A stretch of DNA of 64,000 nucleotides, from the NCBI GenBank assembly GCA_030059665.1, contig JANVYR010000001.1:480001-544000 (forward strand), in the 5' to 3' direction. Positions 57,750 through 64,000 of this stretch are shown here, one piece after another. The notes beneath the pieces are model-generated. The model searched no databases. It saw only the letters and a list, made by a program, of their open reading frames with translations, and was not told where the DNA came from. The position numbers and the translations under genes are program-made. Within the stretch, counting starts at the first letter, position 1, and the number at the start of each line of letters is the position of its first letter. This DNA comes from Candidatus Calditenuis fumarioli (lineage in GTDB: Archaea; Thermoproteota; Nitrososphaeria_A; Caldarchaeales; Calditenuaceae).

Positions 57750-58271
57750 ATGAGGTCTCAGCGGATGATCAAGGCCTTCGTCCTCGGAGTGGTCGGCAGC
57801 AGGAGCGAGCTGGTCTCTTCGCTCAACGCGATCAGGAACCTTCCGAACGTCGAGGAGGCCTACCTGCTGTGGGGGACCTACGACGTGATCGCTAAGGTCG
57901 TGGTGCCGAGCCTGGAGGACCTGAACTCCGTCCTCGACGGGCTCTACAGGTCGGGCGTTGTGGACTCGAACACGCTGATCGTGAACCCTGGAGGCCTCTC
58001 CCTCGAGAAGCCGGAGAGCAGATCGAAGCGGAAGTGCGCCTACACCTTCATCAAGATCAGGAGGCCGGCCGCACCGAGGCTCTGGGGCAGGTTCCTCAGC
58101 GAGATAGACGCGGTGATGGAGGCGTACGAGATCTTCGGGATGTACGACGTGATCGTCGCCGTCTCAGAGGACGTCAGGACCGACTTCTTCGACTCCTACT
58201 TCCGGAAGCTCTGGATCCTCACCGAGATCAACATGAACAACACGACCACGATGTTCACCGTCGAGGTCTGA
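57750..58271 (+). CDS. Protein with two Lrp/AsnC ligand-binding domains and no HTH
   Basis: GTYDVIAKV and GMYDVIVAV repeats. Confidence 0.75.
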   Translation: MRSQRMIKAFVLGVVGSRSELVSSLNAIRNLPNVEEAYLLWGTYDVIAKVVVPSLEDLNSVLDGLYRSGVVDSNTLIVNPGGLSLEKPESRSKRKCAYTFIKIRRPAAPRLWGRFLSEIDAVMEAYEIFGMYDVIVAVSEDVRTDFFDSYFRKLWILTEINMNNTTTMFTVEV

Positions 58272-58369
58272 GGCCGCTGGACCCCCTTGCATCGGGCAGT
58301 TTGGGGACAGCCCTGGCGATGGATATTAACCAAACCGCGCTGAATGGTTGAGCGGGCCGGCGTTCGGAG

Positions 58370-58458
58370 GGGCCCGTGGCCTAGCATGGATATGGCGCCG
58401 GCCTCCGGACGGGAAGGGGGAGAGCCGGAGGTCCCGGGTTCGAGTCCCGGCGGGCCCG
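58370..58458 (+). tRNA. tRNA-Arg(CCG) with 14-nt intron at 37/38 (58409-58422)
   Basis: CCGGC-CT-CCG-G[ACGGGAAGGGGGAG]A-GCCGG; acceptor GGGCCCG/CGGGCCC. Confidence 0.88.
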
Positions 58459-58537
58459 ATCGTCCATTTCTTCCGCTCTCAGCTGCAAGGTGCACCCTGA
58501 AAGCCATCGGCGGAGCGATCGGTACCGATGCGCTGTT

Positions 58538-58903
58538 TCAGTGCTTGAAGTAAACCGAGAGGAGCATGTTGATGAAGCCGAGGTTGGGGTTAGGCTTGGT
58601 GATCGCGACGACGATGTCACCTCGATAGTGGAGCGCGAACATGTAACGCCTGTCCTCGAGCTCGACGTAGATCCTCTTGTAGTCGCCGAGCCTCATCATG
58701 TCAAGGACTGAGGTGACCACGCCCGAGACGGTCGAGACCGCGGCGGCCAGGAAGTCGGGCCTGAGGGAGATGGTGTTGGCGTAGGCGACCGGCGTTCCGT
58801 CGGGCTTCACCACCATCAGGACCTCCAGGGCTCCCCTGCTGACCCTGATTATCTCGTCGAGGTAGCTCTTGAGGGTCTCAGGGTCCTGGACGTAGCTGCT
58901 CAC
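58538..58903 (-). CDS. Roadblock/LC7 domain protein
   Basis: VLMVVKPDGTPVAY...FLAAAVSTV...IYVELEDRRYMFAL...VVAIT; GTG start at 58903 chosen. Confidence 0.8.
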   Translation of the reverse strand: MSSYVQDPETLKSYLDEIIRVSRGALEVLMVVKPDGTPVAYANTISLRPDFLAAAVSTVSGVVTSVLDMMRLGDYKRIYVELEDRRYMFALHYRGDIVVAITKPNPNLGFINMLLSVYFKH

Positions 58904-59601
58904 TCCCCCCTCACCCCCAGCATCGACCGGAGGAAGGAGGAGCACGAGCTGACGGCGTTCCTCAGCGTCTCCGCCGGAACCCTGCCGAAGGGCCTGACGT
59001 AGACGAAGACCTCCCTCTCAGCAACCGCCTCGAGCCGCGCAACGGCTTCCGTTACGTCGTCCTCGAGGAGGACCATCTTGACGCCCTCGTTGGACATGGA
59101 GATGACCGAGTAGGCCTCGGCGAGCAGGGCCGCGACCTTCTCCGCCTCCACGTCGCCAACGTAATCGATGACCTGACCGGCCGAGTCGAAGAGGACCACT
59201 CCCTGGAGGTTGAAGTGCCGCGCGATCTCCGCGAGAGATTCGAACTTCACCGGCTCGGCGGCGGTCACGGTCAGAGTCCTCTGAGCGGGTTGCTGGGGCT
59301 CGGGCGACAAGGGCCCTTCTACCTGCGACGTCTGGGTCTCGGGTCTCGCAGTTTCCTGGGAGCTCGGGGTGGAGGGTTCGGTTGGGGTCTCGGGGACTGG
59401 TCTCTCCTCCGCCGGCGTCTCCGGTCTCGTGGGCTGCGGCACCTCTCGCACGGTTATCTGGAGGGCCTCCCGCATCAGCTTCAGCTCGGTCGTCAGCCTC
59501 CTGACAGACCCGAGGACCTGAATTACGAAGACCAGCAGTATCGCCACCACCACGCCGATCGCCAGCAGCGTCGTGAGCTCCGCACCCACCAGCATCTCCA
59601 C
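58900..59601 (-). CDS. Membrane-anchored protein: N-terminal TM helix, Pro/Thr/Glu linker, C-terminal roadblock-like domain
   Basis: LLAIGVVVAILLVFVI; PETPAEERPVPETPTEP; GVVLFDSAGQVIDY...EKVAALLAEAY. Confidence 0.7.
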   Translation of the reverse strand: MEMLVGAELTTLLAIGVVVAILLVFVIQVLGSVRRLTTELKLMREALQITVREVPQPTRPETPAEERPVPETPTEPSTPSSQETARPETQTSQVEGPLSPEPQQPAQRTLTVTAAEPVKFESLAEIARHFNLQGVVLFDSAGQVIDYVGDVEAEKVAALLAEAYSVISMSNEGVKMVLLEDDVTEAVARLEAVAEREVFVYVRPFGRVPAETLRNAVSSCSSFLRSMLGVRGE

Positions 59602-59707
59602 CGCTCCGAGCGCTTTGCGGAGTATAAAGGTCGATCTCCAGCATCAGGCCGATATCATCCCGCGAGGTTCAGGGGAATTCCGGGATAGAGGCCCTTGAAT
59701 CCCAACG

Positions 59708-59935
59708 TCAGCGGGCGCCCGCCTCGATGGCCGAGAGCCTGATCCTCAGACGGGCCTCCTCCAGCAACACCTTCCTCATGTAGCAGAGGGCGCAGACCGG
59801 CCCGGAGGTGTGGAGGACCGTGCAGCTGACGCAGATCAGCCTGCCGCAGAGTCCGCATCTCCTCGGTGCGAACCTGTCCGGGTGGTAGTAGCACTTGAAC
59901 GTCAGGCTCTCCGCCTCGGCAAGAGGGATCACCAT
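59708..59935 (-). CDS. Small B-box-type zinc-finger protein
   Basis: CYYHPD.....CGLCGRLICVSC........VCALC. Confidence 0.75.
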   Translation of the reverse strand: MVIPLAEAESLTFKCYYHPDRFAPRRCGLCGRLICVSCTVLHTSGPVCALCYMRKVLLEEARLRIRLSAIEAGAR

Positions 59936-60071
59936 CCCGCCTCAACGCAGTTGTCCTCCCTAATGTCCTCAGGACCCAGCGCCGATCGGACCGTTTTCCA
60001 CGTATCCACGCCGACTGTCCACGTTAATACCCTCGGAATCCCTCAACCCGTGTTTCTGGAGTTCTCCCAGA

Positions 60072-60389
60072 TCAGCCTGACCTGCCGGAATGCCCCTTGC
60101 CTCCACGAGGGTCGGGGCCGAGCAGGATGTATTTCCGCCTGTCGGAGAGGAGCTTGACCCCGTAGAGCCATCCGGACATGCAGGGCGCTGCGCCGAGGAC
60201 TTCCACGCGAACGCCCGAGACGTCTATCACCAGGGTTCCGGGCCTGGTGACGTTCCCCGACCGCTCGAACCAGTGGACCACGATCAGCCTTCCCGGCAGA
60301 AGAAAGACGTGGCCCTCGATCACCTCCAACAGGTCCTTCCCCTCGAGACCCGGGCTCGTCGGGAGTCCTCTGCGATCGGAGCCGGTCAT
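60072..60389 (-). CDS. Hypothetical protein
   Basis: 105-aa ORF overlapping the upstream stop; no recognisable motif. Confidence 0.45.
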   Translation of the reverse strand: MTGSDRRGLPTSPGLEGKDLLEVIEGHVFLLPGRLIVVHWFERSGNVTRPGTLVIDVSGVRVEVLGAAPCMSGWLYGVKLLSDRRKYILLGPDPRGGKGHSGRSG

Positions 60390-61516
60390 CTCCTCGTCCC
60401 GAGCACGAGCACCTTGTCGTCGCCGGTTCTCGGCGTCCCCCTCCCGTCCCGATTGCTGGTCAGGACGTAGATGGCACCGTCCGGTCCCTGCCTGACGTCC
60501 CTGAGCCTTCCGTAGGTCCCCCGGAGCGTCGTGAAGTGCTCCACAGGTGAGAGCTCGTCGCCGTCGAACCTTACCGCGTGGAGCGCACTACCCCTCAAAG
60601 CGGCGAAGAGCAGGCAACCGCTGAGTTCCGGCGGGTCGGGAGAGGTTAGGAAGTCGCAGCCCGATGGCGCCCAGGTCTCGCTCCCGCTCTCCAGCACGGG
60701 ATCGATGAACCTGGGGTCTCCCGCCCTTCCGATAGCGAGGGGCCAGCCGTAGTTCCCGCCCGGAACTATCAGGTTCAGCTCGTCGTGGGCGAACGCGCCG
60801 AACTCCCCGGTCGGCCCGTGCTCCGTCGCGAAGAGCCTCTTGTGCTTCGGGCTCCAGGCGAGTCCCTGGGGGTTCCGGTGGCCCAAGCTGTAGACCGGAG
60901 ACCCGGGAAAGGGGTTGTCGCCGGGAGGAGATCCGTCGGGCCTGATCCTCAGGACCTTCCCCGCCATCGAGTCGAGCCTCTGGGCGAGCTCCGGCCTCCT
61001 CGCGTCTCCGGTGGTCACGTAGAGGTTGCCGTCCGGACCGAGCCTGACGCGGCCGCCGTCGTGGACGCTCGATCCCTCAATTGGCCCAAGCAAGTCCACA
61101 CCGTCCTTCAGGGTGAGGTCGTCGTAGGACGTCACGACGTTGACGAGAGATCCGCCGGACGTCACGGTCCTGTAAAGGACGACCCGTGGACCGGGCTTGA
61201 CCACCTCGCACCCAAGCAGCCCTCCCTCGCCGACGTGGGACACCTGAACGGTCGCGAGCACCTCGGACCTTCCAGTCCCGAGATCGACCAGCCTGACCCT
61301 TCCAGGCCTCTCGGTGACCAGCGCCTCGTCGCCGGAGAGGAAGGCGATCGACCAGGGGATCTCGAGCCCCGTGACCAGCTCGTTCACCTCGAGCTTCTCG
61401 GGACCACCTGTGCCTCCGTTCCTCTCCCACGTCGAGCTCCTGCTCAACACCAGGTAGGCGGCCGCTAACCCTCCAGCTGCGATGGCGGCGATGAAGGCCC
61501 TCCTCCCTAACCTCAA
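60386..61516 (-). CDS. PQQ-dependent sugar (aldose) dehydrogenase, beta-propeller, with twin-arginine-like N-terminus
   Basis: PWSIAF, TERPGR, HDGGRVRLGPDG, SLGHRNPQGLAW, GGNYGWP, GRLRDV; TTG start at 61516 gives MRLGRRAFI. Confidence 0.9.
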   Translation of the reverse strand: MRLGRRAFIAAIAAGGLAAAYLVLSRSSTWERNGGTGGPEKLEVNELVTGLEIPWSIAFLSGDEALVTERPGRVRLVDLGTGRSEVLATVQVSHVGEGGLLGCEVVKPGPRVVLYRTVTSGGSLVNVVTSYDDLTLKDGVDLLGPIEGSSVHDGGRVRLGPDGNLYVTTGDARRPELAQRLDSMAGKVLRIRPDGSPPGDNPFPGSPVYSLGHRNPQGLAWSPKHKRLFATEHGPTGEFGAFAHDELNLIVPGGNYGWPLAIGRAGDPRFIDPVLESGSETWAPSGCDFLTSPDPPELSGCLLFAALRGSALHAVRFDGDELSPVEHFTTLRGTYGRLRDVRQGPDGAIYVLTSNRDGRGTPRTGDDKVLVLGTRR

Positions 61517-61577
61517 TCCCCTCCACCCGAAAGTCCGGGAGCAAAAAATATCTGACGATTCCGAAGAGTAGAACGTC

Positions 61578-62033
61578 GTGACGCAGTACTGGATTCTGAT
61601 CGCGAAGGACCACAGGGGGAGGCAGAAGGGGGCCCAGATACCCGCGCAGGCGGTGATCGAGCGGAGGGTGAGGTACGGCATCTGGTTCATCAACCCGAGG
61701 AACCCCTACGCGAGGAGGGTCGAGCAGGGCGACAGGGGCCTGATGCTCGCGCTTGGGAAGGAGGGGAACCAGTTCATGGGGGAGCTGACGATCAACAGCA
61801 GGCCCATCCCTGCGGACGCGGCGCTCGAGTCGCTCAAGGAGGGCGTTCCGTCGACGATGCTGACGCATTACCTCAAGGTCACCGCGATCCTCTGGCCTAA
61901 GCCGAAGCCCCTCGAGCGCTTCCTCCACAGGCTCGAGTTCGTCAAGAACAGGTCCAAGTGGTACGCCTACTTCCAGGGCTCGCTGAAGCCTATCTCGGAG
62001 GAGACCTTCAGGGCCATCGCCTCGGACCCCTGA
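61578..62033 (+). CDS. EVE-domain protein
   Basis: YWILI...GIW...RRVEQGD...FMGE PUA-like pattern. Confidence 0.7.
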   Translation: MTQYWILIAKDHRGRQKGAQIPAQAVIERRVRYGIWFINPRNPYARRVEQGDRGLMLALGKEGNQFMGELTINSRPIPADAALESLKEGVPSTMLTHYLKVTAILWPKPKPLERFLHRLEFVKNRSKWYAYFQGSLKPISEETFRAIASDP

Positions 62034-62038
62034 GGACG

Positions 62039-63307
62039 TCACCTCGCCGGAACCGCGAAGACCCAGCTCGGTCTCCTCACGGTGACCACCTCACCGCGCT
62101 CGAGCACATCCTTGAAGGGAGGGACCTCCAGGTAACCGTCCGAGAGGGCTATGGTCGAGAAGGCCGAGGACTCCGATACCATGGGCCGGCAGAGCGTCCT
62201 CTCGCCGTCGCGCTCCAGCCTTACCCAGACGACCTTCCTGAAATCGACGTACTTGGTGAACCTGAGGCCCTCGGCGAGCACGGCCCGCGTCGTGTGGACG
62301 AGCTGCTCCGGGTCGAAGGACCCCAGCCTGCCCAGTATCGGGACGGCCAGGTAGTTGAAGACGTTCACGGTGGAGTGGATGAGGGCCGGGAGCATCACGA
62401 CTGGTTTGCCGTTCATCACCGCGACTCCTCCGACCCTTCCGGGCTGGAGCTGTAGGCCCTGCACGAAGAACCAGTTGCCAGATCCGTGAAGGAGGGAAGT
62501 GACGTCGGTGTCGCCGACGCTGGATCCCCCTATCGTCAGCACCATGTCCGAGGAGGACAGGGCACGCTCGAGCGCCCCGGAGACCAGACCGAGGTCATCG
62601 GGGACGAGTCCGGCGTATCTGGGAACGCACGGGAGGGCAGAGAGGAAGGAGAGCACCATAGGTGCGTGGGTGTTGAGCGTCTTCCCGTCACCCGCCTCCT
62701 CCGGGTCGTCCGTCAGCTCCGAGCCGATCGCGAGGACCGAGACGACTGGCCTCCTGAAGACCTCGATCCGCCTCACGCCGAGGGTCTCAAGGAGCGCCGC
62801 CTTCACCGGCCTCACAACCTCGCCTCTCCTGGCCACCAGCAGCCCCTCCACGACGTCAGACCCCTTCCGATCGACGTACTGGTACGGCGCTGCGGGCCTT
62901 TTCAGCGCGATCTCCTCCCCGACGACCTCCACCTCCTCCTGCGGGACCACCGCATCGGCGCCTTCCGGTAACAATCCCCCGGTCAGGATCCTCCTCGCCC
63001 TTCCGGGGGCCAGCGGCGGTCCTGAGACGTTGGGTAGGTTCACGTGGCCGTCGAGCCTCAGCCTGACGGGCCTCTCCTCCGAGGCGCCCTCGGTGTCCCG
63101 CGACCTGACGGCGTAACCGTCCATGTGGGACGCGTCGGCCGGCGGCCTCGAGACCGGCGAGAAGACGTCGGCCGCGAGAACCCTTCCGATCGCGTCGAGC
63201 GGCCTGACCCTCTCCGTCTCGACGATGGGCGAGATCCTGGAGAAGACCTCCCTCAGGACCTCATCGACCGGATGGAAGCGCTCGATCGCCCGGTGCCTGT
63301 GGACCAT
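62039..63307 (-). CDS. moeA: Molybdopterin molybdotransferase MoeA
   Basis: GRVLAAD, SHMDGYAV, RILTGG.LPEGADAVV, IGSEL, TIGGSSVG, QPGR. Confidence 0.93.
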   Translation of the reverse strand: MVHRHRAIERFHPVDEVLREVFSRISPIVETERVRPLDAIGRVLAADVFSPVSRPPADASHMDGYAVRSRDTEGASEERPVRLRLDGHVNLPNVSGPPLAPGRARRILTGGLLPEGADAVVPQEEVEVVGEEIALKRPAAPYQYVDRKGSDVVEGLLVARRGEVVRPVKAALLETLGVRRIEVFRRPVVSVLAIGSELTDDPEEAGDGKTLNTHAPMVLSFLSALPCVPRYAGLVPDDLGLVSGALERALSSSDMVLTIGGSSVGDTDVTSLLHGSGNWFFVQGLQLQPGRVGGVAVMNGKPVVMLPALIHSTVNVFNYLAVPILGRLGSFDPEQLVHTTRAVLAEGLRFTKYVDFRKVVWVRLERDGERTLCRPMVSESSAFSTIALSDGYLEVPPFKDVLERGEVVTVRRPSWVFAVPAR

Positions 63308-63828
63308 TCCTTCCCAGCGTTCTCCGCCTCGAACCTCAATAGCATTACCTTGAGGCGCGGATGTGGAGAGTAGCCTCCGGCCCCTCCGTCGGACCTGACC
63401 ACCCTGTGGCACGGGATCAGAACGGGCAGCGGGTTCGCCGAGAGGGCTGAGCCGACGGCCCTCGCACCGCTTGGCACGCCGATGGACCGGGCGACCTCGG
63501 CGTACGTCCTCGTCTCGCCGTAGCGGATCGCTGAGGAGGCCCGCCAGACCCTGAGCTGGAACGGTGTGCCCACGGGTCGGACCGGCAGCACGAAGGACCT
63601 CCTCGATCCCCGGAAGTACTCGTCCAGCTGGCGGAGCGCCTCCCTCAGCACCGGATCCGTCGAATTCGATCGAGCGCCCTCAAGGATCTCGGGTTCGTCG
63701 ACGAGTGACACCAGCGTCACGTCGCCGCGCGACACGACCACGTACACCCTACCGATCCAGGTCTCGACGAAGCCGATCGAGACGGCTTCAGGTGGAGCGC
63801 CTTGCACCGGCCTCAAGGACCTCAGCAC
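63253..63828 (-). CDS. ogt: Methylated-DNA--protein-cysteine methyltransferase
   Basis: GTPFQ, IRYGETRTY, ARAVGSAL.ANP, IPCHRVV. Confidence 0.95.
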   Translation of the reverse strand: MLRSLRPVQGAPPEAVSIGFVETWIGRVYVVVSRGDVTLVSLVDEPEILEGARSNSTDPVLREALRQLDEYFRGSRRSFVLPVRPVGTPFQLRVWRASSAIRYGETRTYAEVARSIGVPSGARAVGSALSANPLPVLIPCHRVVRSDGGAGGYSPHPRLKVMLLRFEAENAGKEWSTGTGRSSASIRSMRS

Positions 63829-64000
63829 CCGAATGTGTGCCGAGCCTACGCGTGACCTCCCGGTGGACCATCTCGGCTATCTCGACCGAGAGGCCAGTGT
63901 ACGCCAACGGATCTTTTGGCATCACGTCCTCGACCCGCGCGCCGTATTTCCTGCAAAGCTCCCCGACTGCCTCCCTCAGCTTCAGGCCCGAGGCCAGAAG
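63788..64000 (-). CDS. C-terminal part of an unidentified protein (runs off the window end)
   Basis: Open frame LLASGLKLREAVGELCRKYGARVEDVMPKDP... to TGA at 63788. Confidence 0.55.
   Translation of the reverse strand, partial: LLASGLKLREAVGELCRKYGARVEDVMPKDPLAYTGLSVEIAEMVHREVTRRLGTHSGAEVLEAGARRST

Overview
GC-rich archaeal chromosome segment. It carries uS4e/uL5/eS8/uS12, SRP19, Gar1, Trm112, CDC48, UPF0147, MptA/MptE, archaeal tRNAs (one with a BHB intron) and A-ATPase subunit E. The gene style suggests a TACK archaeon, possibly Aigarchaeota-like (inference). Most of the window is housekeeping and metabolic genes in short, fragmented operons. The main accessory content is a type III (III-D-like, crenarchaeal layout) CRISPR-Cas effector operon at 13.8-24.6 kb: Cas11, five Cas7-group RAMPs, a Cas5-group RAMP, Cas10 with HD and GGDD motifs, Csx1 and a convergent Crn1/APE2256-like protein. 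No cas1, cas2 or cas6 was recognised. Three CRISPR-repeat loci occur. (i) A leader plus a 5-repeat/4-spacer array at 10.1-10.6 kb. (ii) A degenerate one-spacer mini-array between tRNA-Lys and the first cas gene, which is the best candidate for an undescribed regulatory crRNA-like element. (iii) A second, about 94% identical copy of the 226-bp leader with one perfect repeat and no spacer at 54.7-55.0 kb. Other unusual loci are a GcvH-like(K to R)-TusA fusion, an SRPBCC-M50-like fusion, a DUF169/PNPOx/PNPOx-MenA operon behind a triple DtxR-type operator, and a membrane-tethered roadblock pair near a B-box protein. All calls are from motif reading by eye; no database searches were run.
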